Below are positions 19,598 through 28,221 of a stretch of 64,000 nucleotides of DNA, piece after piece. The stretch comes from Faecousia sp. (lineage in GTDB: Bacteria > Bacillota > Clostridia > Oscillospirales > Oscillospiraceae): the NCBI GenBank assembly GCA_045538415.1, contig JAZSRI010000093.1:17236-81235 (forward strand), read 5' to 3'. The notes below the pieces were generated by a model. It searched no databases, was not told the origin of the DNA, and saw only the letters and a list, made by a program, of their open reading frames with translations. The position numbers were made by a program, and so were the translations under genes. The stretch's first letter is position 1, and each line of letters opens with the position of its first letter.

Positions 19598-20710
19598 ATG
19601 GTTACTATTGAAGCCGCCTGTGAACAATTCAAGCAATTGCTCACCGAACAGCGGCAACGCCTTGAAACCCTGCAGAAAGAAAAGAAAGATTATTCCGTCA
19701 TGGAAAAGGTAGTAATCGGACTTGTGGATGGAGACGGAATCGGACCGATCATTATGGAGCAGGCAGTCCGGGTGCTTGAAAAGTTGTTGGCTGAGGATAT
19801 CAGCAGCGGCAGGGTTGTACTGAAGCGAATCAAGGGCCTGACCATAGAAAACCGCCTTTCCAAGGGTGTAAGTGTTCCTGAGGATGTTCTTGCTGATATC
19901 AAATCCTGCGACGTACTGCTCAAGGGCCCTACCACCACGCCTATGGGCGGTAAAATGGAAAGTGCCAATGTGACACTGCGCCGGGAACTGGACCTGTACG
20001 CCAACGTACGCCCTGTCAGCGTCCCGGAGGAGGGGATCGACTGGATATTCTACCGGGAAAATACAGAGGGCGAGTATGTCCTTGGCAGTAAAGGTATTGA
20101 CCTTGACGGAATGGCTGTTGATTTTAAGGTGACAACCGATGCCGGAACAAGACGGATTGCCCGAGCGGCGTTTGACTACGCAAAGCAAAACGGTAAGAAT
20201 AGGGTATCTATTGTCACCAAGGCCAATATCCTTAAAAAGACAGACGGTAAATTTACTGCCGTTTGCCATGAAGTAGCGGAGGAATATCCCGGAATCCAGG
20301 TAGATGACTGGTATATTGACATCATGACCGCTAATCTTGTGAATGAGTCCATTCGCGGTCAATTCCAGGTCTTTGTTCTGCCTAATTTGTACGGAGATAT
20401 CCTGACGGATGAAGCGGCGCAAATCCAGGGTGGCGTGGGTACTGCCGGCAGCGCTAACATTGGCGATAGATACGCTATGTTTGAGGCTATTCACGGAAGC
20501 GCCCCCAGAATGATAGAGGAAGGACTTGGGGAATATGCCAACCCTTCCAGCATTCTGAAGGCAGAGGCAATGCTCCTGCGGCATATCTGCAGAACAGGCG
20601 CGGCTGAAGCACTGGAAAAGGCGCTTGCGGATTGTACCTGTGTTGTTACAGGAGCTAAGGACGGGGCAACATGTAAAGAATACACGGATTCTTTGCTGCA
20701 AATGCTGTAA
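19598..20710 (+). CDS. icd: Isocitrate dehydrogenase (isocitrate/isopropylmalate dehydrogenase family)
   Basis: GDGIGP, KGPTTTP, SANVTLRR (isocitrate-type S-x-N), NLYGDILTD, EAIHGSAP. Confidence 0.8.
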   Translation: MVTIEAACEQFKQLLTEQRQRLETLQKEKKDYSVMEKVVIGLVDGDGIGPIIMEQAVRVLEKLLAEDISSGRVVLKRIKGLTIENRLSKGVSVPEDVLADIKSCDVLLKGPTTTPMGGKMESANVTLRRELDLYANVRPVSVPEEGIDWIFYRENTEGEYVLGSKGIDLDGMAVDFKVTTDAGTRRIARAAFDYAKQNGKNRVSIVTKANILKKTDGKFTAVCHEVAEEYPGIQVDDWYIDIMTANLVNESIRGQFQVFVLPNLYGDILTDEAAQIQGGVGTAGSANIGDRYAMFEAIHGSAPRMIEEGLGEYANPSSILKAEAMLLRHICRTGAAEALEKALADCTCVVTGAKDGATCKEYTDSLLQML

Positions 20711-20740
20711 CAAGTCTGGTTCCTTTCATATCAAAAAAGG

Positions 20741-20885
20741 GCGTGTTGCAAAATTCGCAAAATCTACGATAGAATCTGTAGGGGCGATTATTAATCGCCC
20801 GCGGGCGGATAATATCCGCCCCTACATCCACAGAATGTAGACAAATGCATAGTTTTAGGGCGCGTTGCAGGATTTTGCAACGCGC
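20741..20885. mobile_element. MITE-like nested palindromic element with 14-bp imperfect terminal inverted repeats, carrying a REP doublet
   Basis: Left GCGTGTTGCAAAAT and right ATTTTGCAACGCGC (13/14 complementary), with A6/T6 flanks. Confidence 0.55.
20778..20825. repeat. GTAG-type REP doublet (inverted pair)
   Basis: GTAG-GGGCGATTATTAATCGCCC-GC-GGGCGGATAATATCCGCCC-CTAC. Confidence 0.8.
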
Positions 20886-21044
20886 TTTTTTAAGTGCTTA
20901 ATATGCCTGTCGATGTATGGCACACCTGTTAGCAATTATTTGCAACTCCATTCATTCGTGTATCGTTCCACTGATTTATTCTAAAAAACAGGGAGAAAAA
21001 CTGCTTGTTTCCGGCTTTTATGAGAACCTTCAAGGGAATCTGTA

Positions 21045-21074
21045 TTGACATGTTTTACGAATATGGATTACAAT
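21045..21074 (+). promoter_or_regulatory. SigA promoter of the orphan gene
   Basis: TTGACA-18-TACAAT upstream of GGAGG RBS. Confidence 0.6.
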
Positions 21075-21100
21075 AAGAAAAAAATCTGGAGGGATTTCTA

Positions 21101-21961
21101 ATGAAAAAAATCACCTTTACAACAACCGGTGCCTTTGATATGGCCGACGGCTTTGGCTGCGCAAGTCTTGGTCTGCCGGGTTTGTGTGACAACGCTGCCT
21201 CCTGTGTCACCGCTTACGATAAGATGCCGAACAGTATTGTACTTACCGGCAGCTACGATGAGATATTGTCTGAGGCAGAGAAAGTTACCGAGCAGGTTTA
21301 TGCCGCCATCGTTCTTTTTGGAAATGCCGGCGGCGAGAATGACTTTATGAAGAAACTGAACAAGATTTTCCGGTGCCCCATGGTTGGCGGTGGTGCAGCC
21401 ATAGACGGAGCAACCGGCCGCAGTGGCTTAATTACAGGCGGCGGACAGGCAGCGGTCATGCTGCTGACGGATGACGGATTTACCTATAAAACAGAGTTTA
21501 AGTGCATCCATAATAAGATCCTTGGGGAGTGCACAGTAAAGACCGCTGACCCCAGAACCCTTTTAACCATTGATGGTATTGACGCGGCAGCCTTTCTTGC
21601 GGATAAGAAGCGTGAGCTCGGATTCGCTGAGGGGGATTTTGAGCATTTGACCATGTCCGACCTGAATCATGTGAACGCCCATCTTTCCATTAGCGATGGT
21701 GTGATCAAAAGCGGCCGGGATGTGAATGAGACAATGATCCTGCGCTATATTTCTCATGAGGATGTGTATGAGTCCATGCGCAGTTTTTATGATGACAAGG
21801 ATGCTATTGTGTTTGGCTGTGCCGGTCTGTCAGGTATCTTGGATAAGCCTCTGGACACCCCGTCTCTGGGTCTGTTCCTGTTTGGTGAGGTCTGCTGCAC
21901 AGGTGAAACTTCTGAGTTTGGCAACCTGATGTTGAGCAAGCTGGTTATCACTGAGAAATAA
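21101..21961 (+). CDS. Hypothetical protein, FIST-domain-like
   Basis: Strong RBS and host-like codon usage; P.VGGGAA, FGCAG and GLFLFGEV...GN resemble FIST_N/FIST_C motifs. Confidence 0.55.
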   Translation: MKKITFTTTGAFDMADGFGCASLGLPGLCDNAASCVTAYDKMPNSIVLTGSYDEILSEAEKVTEQVYAAIVLFGNAGGENDFMKKLNKIFRCPMVGGGAAIDGATGRSGLITGGGQAAVMLLTDDGFTYKTEFKCIHNKILGECTVKTADPRTLLTIDGIDAAAFLADKKRELGFAEGDFEHLTMSDLNHVNAHLSISDGVIKSGRDVNETMILRYISHEDVYESMRSFYDDKDAIVFGCAGLSGILDKPLDTPSLGLFLFGEVCCTGETSEFGNLMLSKLVITEK

Positions 21962-21967
21962 AGGGAA

Positions 21968-21995
21968 GGGGGTGTTGCAAAAAAGCAACAGCCCC
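21968..21995. repeat. Short hairpin related to the MITE-like terminal repeats
   Basis: GGGGGTGTTGCAAAAAAGCAACAGCCCC shares GTGTTGCAAAA with 20741-20754. Confidence 0.45.
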
Positions 21996-21999
21996 AAAA

Positions 22000-22042
22000 C
22001 TATGGAAAAGACTACATCCGCCGGATGTAGTCTTTTCCATAG
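22000..22042. terminator. 21-bp perfect inverted repeat between convergent genes, probable terminator
   Basis: CTATGGAAAAGACTACATCCG-C-CGGATGTAGTCTTTTCCATAG. Confidence 0.75.
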
Positions 22043-22090
22043 CTATCCTGCGTGCCGCAGGGATTACGAAAATCATAATATTACCTGAAC

Positions 22091-22624
22091 TTATAAATGC
22101 ACAATGATTGGCTTATGATTTACATAGGGAAGAAACACTTCCAGAAGATCCGTTGTTTTGATGCGCAGACTGGAGGTGTTGATGCAGGGATGGCATCCAA
22201 AATACTCACCTTTCAAAACATCCTCATCTATTAAAAGCTGTACCCGGTCCTCTTTGTCATTCATAAGTCCAAGTACGCTCAAAGAACCTGGTGTGATGTC
22301 AAGATACTGCTCCATGTACTCACCAGTGGCAAAGGACAACCTGGAGGATCCAATTTGAGCGGAAAGATCCTTGGTTTTAAACACTTTATCACCCGGCATC
22401 ATAAGAAGATAAAACTGCGTGCACTGCCGATTGCACAGAAGCAGATTTTTGCATATGGTAGCGTCCAGAGCTTCATCCACAGCGGCACAATCTTCCATGG
22501 TCATAGCCGCGGCATGATCGATCCGGCCATAGGAAATATTCAATTCATCAAGCAGATCGTAAACACGGATTTCCTTGTCTAAGCGGTCTGCGGTATTGGC
22601 AGGTCTGCCATTTATCAGTTGCAT
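22091..22624 (-). CDS. Prolyl-tRNA editing protein (ProXp-ala/PrdX, YbaK superfamily)
   Basis: CKNLLL, RLSFA, PGSLS..GL.ND, CHPC.NTSS. Confidence 0.88.
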   Translation of the reverse strand: MQLINGRPANTADRLDKEIRVYDLLDELNISYGRIDHAAAMTMEDCAAVDEALDATICKNLLLCNRQCTQFYLLMMPGDKVFKTKDLSAQIGSSRLSFATGEYMEQYLDITPGSLSVLGLMNDKEDRVQLLIDEDVLKGEYFGCHPCINTSSLRIKTTDLLEVFLPYVNHKPIIVHL

Positions 22625-22719
22625 AAGTATACACCAACCATATTTCTTGGTATTTTTAGCACAGAGATTCCTGTGTATCCGGTATGGAATCGGTTCTCAA
22701 AAGCCCTATTCTTTGCTGT

Positions 22720-23547
22720 TCAAGGGAACGGATTGTAATAACGGCTTCCGTTAAGATATGTAATAACAAAAGAAAGTATCATTAAAACAGCGCATAAAGC
22801 CATACACAGAATATCTGCCTTTGAGAATTTCCGCTCAGAATACCAGGTGCGTTTTTTGCCTTTTCCAAAACCCCGAAGCTCCATGGCATTGGAGATAGTC
22901 TCGATTCGCTCCATAGAGGAAAGTATCAGCGGGATCAAAATGGTGCCTGCGGCCTTTAAGCGACTCACAAGGCTTGCCTTTTTGCTCATCTCAGTGCCTC
23001 TTGCTTGTTGGGCTAGGGAAATATCCCGATACTCCCGCTGAATATCGGGAATGTAACGGAGCGCAAGGGCAACGGCATAGCTAATGCGGTAGCTGACACC
23101 GATACGGCTGAGGGAAGCGGCAAATTCCGAGGGATTTGTTGTACATACAAACAGCAGCACAATGGGAATGGTGCAGGTATTCTTTAAAATCACATTCAGG
23201 TGATAGAACAGCTGTTCCGCAGTAATAACGTATGGACCCGCAATTTTAAACAGAACCGTCTGTGTTCCGTAAATGCTGGTACCATGGGTGGGGCTGAAAA
23301 GATAGATAAGCAGATTGTTCAGCACAATGTAGATGGTCATAAGACCCACCACAAAGGAAATATCGCTGATTTTCAGTTTTGCAACACGGAACAGTATAAA
23401 TGACGCAACGGTCATAGCAACCAGGAGGGGAGTGTAGAAGCTGGTCATTGCGGCAATGCTCCATGCAATGAGAGCAACCAGCTTGCAGGCGCCGGTCAGC
23501 CTGTGAATTGGGGAGGGGCGGTCAATGTAGTTAAAAAGGTTAATCAT
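22720..23547 (-). CDS. ECF transporter T component
   Basis: Hydrophobic; ALRYIP, AQQARG, AMELRGF conserved Arg motifs. Confidence 0.93.
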   Translation of the reverse strand: MINLFNYIDRPSPIHRLTGACKLVALIAWSIAAMTSFYTPLLVAMTVASFILFRVAKLKISDISFVVGLMTIYIVLNNLLIYLFSPTHGTSIYGTQTVLFKIAGPYVITAEQLFYHLNVILKNTCTIPIVLLFVCTTNPSEFAASLSRIGVSYRISYAVALALRYIPDIQREYRDISLAQQARGTEMSKKASLVSRLKAAGTILIPLILSSMERIETISNAMELRGFGKGKKRTWYSERKFSKADILCMALCAVLMILSFVITYLNGSRYYNPFP

Positions 23548-25253
23548 TTCCGCACCTCCCTGTCACGGGCGATAAAGCGTCTTGTAAATTCCTCTGGATC
23601 ATCAATACCGCAGCGGGCAGACAGATGATACAGGGATGTTTCTTTCAGGTGGGCCTGTTCAACGATCTCTGGGCTGTTCAGCACCTCAGCGGCGGATTTA
23701 TCCGCAATCACACGGCCACCATGGAATACGATCGCTCTTTGGGTGTATTCCAGCATCAGGTGCATATCGTGGGTGATAAGAACAACGGTCACGCCCTGCT
23801 TATTCAGCTCGCTTAAAAAGTCCATAATCTCTGTGTAGTGTTTCAGATCCTGTCCGGCAGTGGGTTCGTCCAACAGGATTATTTCAGGGCTGAGGACCAG
23901 AATGGAGGCAATGGTGACCCGCTTCTTTTGCCCGTAACTCAAAGCGGAAACCGGCCAGTTACGGAAGGGATACAGGCCACAGATTTTCAGAACATCTTCC
24001 ACTCTTAGGCGTATTTCTTCTTCAGTCACACCACGATTGCGCAGGCCAAGGGCCACCTCATCAAAAATCTGCGTCTTGGAAATCATCTGGTTAGGATTCT
24101 GCATAATGTAGCCAATATGGTCAGCCCGCTCCTTTATGGAGAGGGTGGATAAATCCATGCCATTTAGCTGCAGCGTGCCGCTTTGTGGTTTTTCGAAACC
24201 GCAGACAACTTTTGAGAATGTGGACTTGCCGGCACCGTTGGTACCCACGATGCTGAGCATTTCTCCTTTGTGAATTGCAGCGGAAATGCCCTTCAGGGCG
24301 TGATGACCACCCTCATAGGTGAAATCAACATTGTCTGCAAGCAGTAAAATATCACGTTTCTTCTGTGGGGCGGCTGCAGGCTGCCTGTTAAACCACTGGC
24401 GTACTTTTTCGGCCTGTTCACCGGACAGTTTAAGCTCAGGCAGATAAGACGGACGCATCTCAGGTGTCAAATCAACCCCGGCGTATTTCAGCGCTGTTAC
24501 ATACAGGGGCTCCCGGATTCCGCTGCACTGAAGTACATTACCGCAAAGAAGGGTATCCGGATCTCCATCATACACGATACGTCCATCCCCCATGACCACA
24601 ACACGGTCCACAGGATAGTACAAAACGTCCTCAATCCTGTGTTCAATGATGATGACGGCACAACCTGTTCGTTTCTGTATTTCATCGATCAGTACAATTG
24701 CCTGCTTGCCGGTGGCAGGATCCAGATTTGCAAGGGGTTCATCGAACAGCAGAACATCAACTTCTCCAACCATGACACCGCCAAGGCTGACCCGCTGTTT
24801 CTGTCCACCGGAGATTTCGTGGGGCGCATGCCGCAAAACCCTGGTCACATCCACAAGCTCCGCAATCTGCTCCACCTGACGGTGAATATCTTCCGTTGGA
24901 AAGCAGTCATTTTCCAGCGCGAAGGCAATATCCTCCGCCACAGTCAGGCCGATAAACTGACCATCCGCATCCTGCAGAACGGTTCCGACTACCTTTGACA
25001 GGTCGAAAATGCTAAGCTTTAATGCATCCTTGCCACCGATGGTGAGAGAACCTGTTGCTTTTCCGGGATAGGAATTGGGAATTAGACCGTTGATACAGTG
25101 GGCAAGGGTAGATTTGCCGCAGCCGGAAGGTCCAGCGATTAAAACCTTCTCACCTTTACAGATGTTCAGATTGATATCATAGAGTGTTGGCTCTGCCTGG
25201 GCAGTGTACTGAAAACCGAAGTTCTCAAATGAAATAATCGTATCTTGATACAA
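23544..25253 (-). CDS. ECF transporter duplicated ABC ATPase
   Basis: Two Walker A motifs (GPSGCGKST, GTNGAGKST) and signatures ISGGQKQR / LSYGQKKR; TTG start after GGAGGA. Confidence 0.93.
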   Translation of the reverse strand: MYQDTIISFENFGFQYTAQAEPTLYDINLNICKGEKVLIAGPSGCGKSTLAHCINGLIPNSYPGKATGSLTIGGKDALKLSIFDLSKVVGTVLQDADGQFIGLTVAEDIAFALENDCFPTEDIHRQVEQIAELVDVTRVLRHAPHEISGGQKQRVSLGGVMVGEVDVLLFDEPLANLDPATGKQAIVLIDEIQKRTGCAVIIIEHRIEDVLYYPVDRVVVMGDGRIVYDGDPDTLLCGNVLQCSGIREPLYVTALKYAGVDLTPEMRPSYLPELKLSGEQAEKVRQWFNRQPAAAPQKKRDILLLADNVDFTYEGGHHALKGISAAIHKGEMLSIVGTNGAGKSTFSKVVCGFEKPQSGTLQLNGMDLSTLSIKERADHIGYIMQNPNQMISKTQIFDEVALGLRNRGVTEEEIRLRVEDVLKICGLYPFRNWPVSALSYGQKKRVTIASILVLSPEIILLDEPTAGQDLKHYTEIMDFLSELNKQGVTVVLITHDMHLMLEYTQRAIVFHGGRVIADKSAAEVLNSPEIVEQAHLKETSLYHLSARCGIDDPEEFTRRFIARDREVRK

Positions 25254-25315
25254 TGAAATGTCCTCCGTAACGATAAAGGCAGGCACTGAGCCTGCCTTTA
25301 TATGGCGATAAAGAA

Positions 25316-25864
25316 TTACTCCTTGCTCAGGCTGCCGGCCTTGGTCTTGGTAGCGGCATAGGCGATGCAGAGCAGGCTGCCGATGATGACAGTGGTGACT
25401 GCGTTGGCAGCACCGCCAACGAGACCCTGCAGGAAGACTTTGTCAACAGGCTCGGAGTACATCAGGATGTCCAGAACAGCGGCAACAACGATCCAGCTGA
25501 AGGCGTGGCATACGATCTGTGCAATGTTAAACTTGATAAGGCCCATTTTGCCCATGTCGGCCTGGTTCATCTTCAGAACCTTTGCGGCAAAGCCCATCAG
25601 AAGGCCAAACACGCCGGACGCAATAACCCAGCTCCACCAAATGCCCCAGCCGTAGCTGAAGTCAATTAAGGTATGGCCGATCAGACCAACCAACGCACCG
25701 GCGATGGGCCCGTATACTACAGAGATAAAGGCGAGCAGACCGTACTGGGTGGAAATGTTGGTGTTGGGTACGGGGCTGGGAATGGCAACAAATCTACCCA
25801 GCACAAAGAACAGGGCAGCGCCGATGCCGATGGCAACGATGGTTTTTACAGAAAACTTTTTCAT
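25316..25864 (-). CDS. ECF transporter S component (UPF0397/MtsT-like)
   Basis: VAIGIGAALF...IPSPVPNT...GP..G..VG.IGH..D...WWSW. Confidence 0.88.
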   Translation of the reverse strand: MKKFSVKTIVAIGIGAALFFVLGRFVAIPSPVPNTNISTQYGLLAFISVVYGPIAGALVGLIGHTLIDFSYGWGIWWSWVIASGVFGLLMGFAAKVLKMNQADMGKMGLIKFNIAQIVCHAFSWIVVAAVLDILMYSEPVDKVFLQGLVGGAANAVTTVIIGSLLCIAYAATKTKAGSLSKE

Positions 25865-25916
25865 TGATACTACCTCCATTTTGTTGATCTATTTCAGGCT
25901 TTCGCCAAAACAGGAC

Positions 25917-26765
25917 TTAGTGGAAACCCTTAAAGGGTTCAATGCGGATACGCCAGGAATTGCCGGTGCCGATATTATAGGCTCTTGCAAAACTGCCTTG
26001 GTTGATAGCAACTGCCACGCAATCCAGACTGTTAACGTACGCTAAAGCTTCCCCAACGTACACTTCCGCAAAGCTCTTTGCGTAGAGAATGATGTTCCGG
26101 TACACACACCGGGTATCATTTTCAATGGTGATGCTCACCCGGTCGCCATACTGAATACCGGTTTGCAAAAACAGTGTTCTGGGAATGTTTGTCCAAAGAC
26201 TGCCAAAGCGCACGTCTAAAACATCAATGGTGCCGCACACAGCGTTTTCCTCAAGCCTGGGCTCCACAATAGGGAGTGTAACAAGTTCATCAACAGGCAC
26301 ATGAGGACCGACACCGTCAAAATCAATAATGCCGCTCGCCAGTCTGGCACCGGTGAAGGCATAAACATCTCTGCCGTGGAATGTATAGCTTTCCCCGGAA
26401 CGGGGCAGACGGTTGATACTCTCATCAATTTGACGCGCTTCACAGATACCCTCCAGACGGAGTACATGGGTAAGGGTGCCGTTGTCCGGCGTAACTATGT
26501 AGCGGCCGCTGTTGGTTTTGACCACAATACTTTTTCTGTCAGAGCCAACGCCGGGATCTACAACGGAAACGAACACAGTACCCTCCGGCCAATAGTTGAT
26601 GGTCTGTATCAGCCGGTAGCTTGCTTCCCAGATGTTGAAGGGTGTAATATCGTGAGTAAGGTCATGAATATTCAGGGCAGGATTCACTGTATAGGCAACG
26701 CCGTACATTGCGCTGACAGCACCGTCAACCAGACCAAAATCTGTTTGAAAAACCAAGGGTTTCAT
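25917..26765 (-). CDS. SAM hydroxide adenosyltransferase (DUF62, SAM hydrolase/halogenase family)
   Basis: QTDFG..DG, DLTH.I, VVDPGVGS.R, PDNGTL, TFHGRDVYA. Confidence 0.93.
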   Translation of the reverse strand: MKPLVFQTDFGLVDGAVSAMYGVAYTVNPALNIHDLTHDITPFNIWEASYRLIQTINYWPEGTVFVSVVDPGVGSDRKSIVVKTNSGRYIVTPDNGTLTHVLRLEGICEARQIDESINRLPRSGESYTFHGRDVYAFTGARLASGIIDFDGVGPHVPVDELVTLPIVEPRLEENAVCGTIDVLDVRFGSLWTNIPRTLFLQTGIQYGDRVSITIENDTRCVYRNIILYAKSFAEVYVGEALAYVNSLDCVAVAINQGSFARAYNIGTGNSWRIRIEPFKGFH

Positions 26766-26795
26766 TGACGTTCCTCCTAAATCTTGGTTAGGGTC

Positions 26796-26824
26796 ATTAT
26801 AACAATTTTTAAATTGCTAGTCAA
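26796..26824 (-). promoter_or_regulatory. SigA promoter of the SAM hydrolase-ECF operon
   Basis: Minus strand TTGACT-17-TATAAT. Confidence 0.7.
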
Positions 26825-26900
26825 TGCGGTTTGCTAAAATTATTGATAAATTATGAACACGCACAGTCTCATCATTTCTGTATCTTTTCCTCCGTTAGGC

Positions 26901-26929
26901 TTGACAAAGCCGTATATATTCAATATAAT
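26901..26929 (+). promoter_or_regulatory. SigA promoter of tRNA-Pro
   Basis: Perfect TTGACA-17-TATAAT, 11 nt before the tRNA. Confidence 0.85.
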
Positions 26930-26940
26930 GTTTAAGCTAT

Positions 26941-27017
26941 CGGGGTATGGCGAAGTTTGGTATCGCGCTTGGTTCGGGTCCAAGAGGCCTCGGGTTCGAA
27001 TCCCGATACTCCGACCA
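26941..27017 (+). tRNA. tRNA-Pro(CGG)
   Basis: Acceptor CGGGGTA/TACTCCG, C1:G72 and A73, anticodon arm CTTGG-TTCGGGT-CCAAG, GTTCGAATC, encoded CCA. Confidence 0.97.
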
Positions 27018-27250
27018 AAATGAAAAGGGCTGCATCGGCAGCCCTTTTCATTTTGGCTGGGCTGAGGGATTCGAAAGTCCGTTAAGAATACATGCCAGTG
27101 GCATGTTCTTAGGCCGCGGGAGAATCCATTGCTCCATAGACGCACCCCCTTGCGGGTGTGGATATGGAGTAATCTTGTAGTATATGAAAACCCTGTAATT
27201 ACACTCCGACCAAAATAGAGGGAATGGCAATGTGCCATTCCCTCTATTTT
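27008..27250. mobile_element. 195-bp structured insert bounded by a direct repeat of the tRNA 3' end, with a terminator after each copy
   Basis: ACTCCGACCAAAAT at 27008-27021 and 27203-27216; each copy is followed by a long hairpin; internal palindromes. Confidence 0.6.
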
Positions 27251-28053
27251 TACGGTATCAGGCCTTGCCTGCTGCGGTACGCTGTTGGTGTACAGCCTAC
27301 TTCTTTACGGAAATACCTACAGAAGTTGCTGAGGTCTGAAAAACCACACCGGTCACATACTGTACTGATTGGAACATCTGTTGTGAGAAGTATTTGTTTA
27401 GCGGAGGCAATTCTGCACAGCATACGGTATCTGCCAATACTGTACCCGGTTATCTTTTTAAAACTATGTGTTAGGTAAGATATGCTAAAGTTGTACTCTT
27501 CTGCCAGATCTGAGATGGTTACTTCATCGGAAGGATTATTTTCAAATCTTAGCTGGATGCTCTGAATAGTGCTGATAGATTTGGAGTTTTCATAGGGAAA
27601 GGCATCCGGAATAAAGCGGTAAATAGTTTGTAGTATCGTATGTAGTACAGACACCATGGCATTGGGACAATCGCCAGCATTATACTCATCATGGAGCATG
27701 GAGAATAACAGCTCCAGTTTGTTACAGATTGGAGAAACATCAATTACATAGATGTGCCCTGATGGCCTGTTGATAAAAGGTGACAACAAGCGGCTGTCTT
27801 TTATCTTTGAAATCGCCTCTGAAGCCCTGATGTGAATATAATACCTGGAATAAGAGGGGGAAGTACTGATAAAAGTGTGGTTTTCCAATCGGCTTATGAA
27901 GACGATTGATGGCTTTTCAATATTAAAATGTTGGCCATTGATTTGGACATGTACACTTCCAGCCCGGACAAACAGCAATTGATCAGTATGATGCAGGTGC
28001 GAGTGATGGACAACGGAACCAACCGCTTTAGCAACAAGTTCAATACAGGACAT
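27250..28053 (-). CDS. AraC family transcriptional regulator (cupin + HTH)
   Basis: HSHLHH cupin N-terminus; YL.H.FKK.TG, CGFSD.S.F.R.FRK.VG.TP..YR. Confidence 0.93.
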   Translation of the reverse strand: MSCIELVAKAVGSVVHHSHLHHTDQLLFVRAGSVHVQINGQHFNIEKPSIVFISRLENHTFISTSPSYSRYYIHIRASEAISKIKDSRLLSPFINRPSGHIYVIDVSPICNKLELLFSMLHDEYNAGDCPNAMVSVLHTILQTIYRFIPDAFPYENSKSISTIQSIQLRFENNPSDEVTISDLAEEYNFSISYLTHSFKKITGYSIGRYRMLCRIASAKQILLTTDVPISTVCDRCGFSDLSNFCRYFRKEVGCTPTAYRSRQGLIP

Positions 28054-28221
28054 AAGAATACCTCTAAAGCAATTTTTACATAATCTAAGACAAAACAAAC
28101 CTATCTTTTTCTCTGCGAGTATTATACAATGAAATCAACAATCTTGCAAGAACCCCAGTGTTCTTTTAAATCTGCAGCAGAGCCTTGATGCTGTATGTAA
28201 AATTATAACGGAGGTTGGCAT

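Noticed and set aside
20733-22042. Repeats considered as a CRISPR array
   Set aside because: No regularly spaced direct repeats with unique spacers and no cas genes
26840-27238. Short ORFs overlapping tRNA-Pro(CGG) and the downstream repeat
   Set aside because: Translations of tRNA and palindromic DNA, with no coding signal
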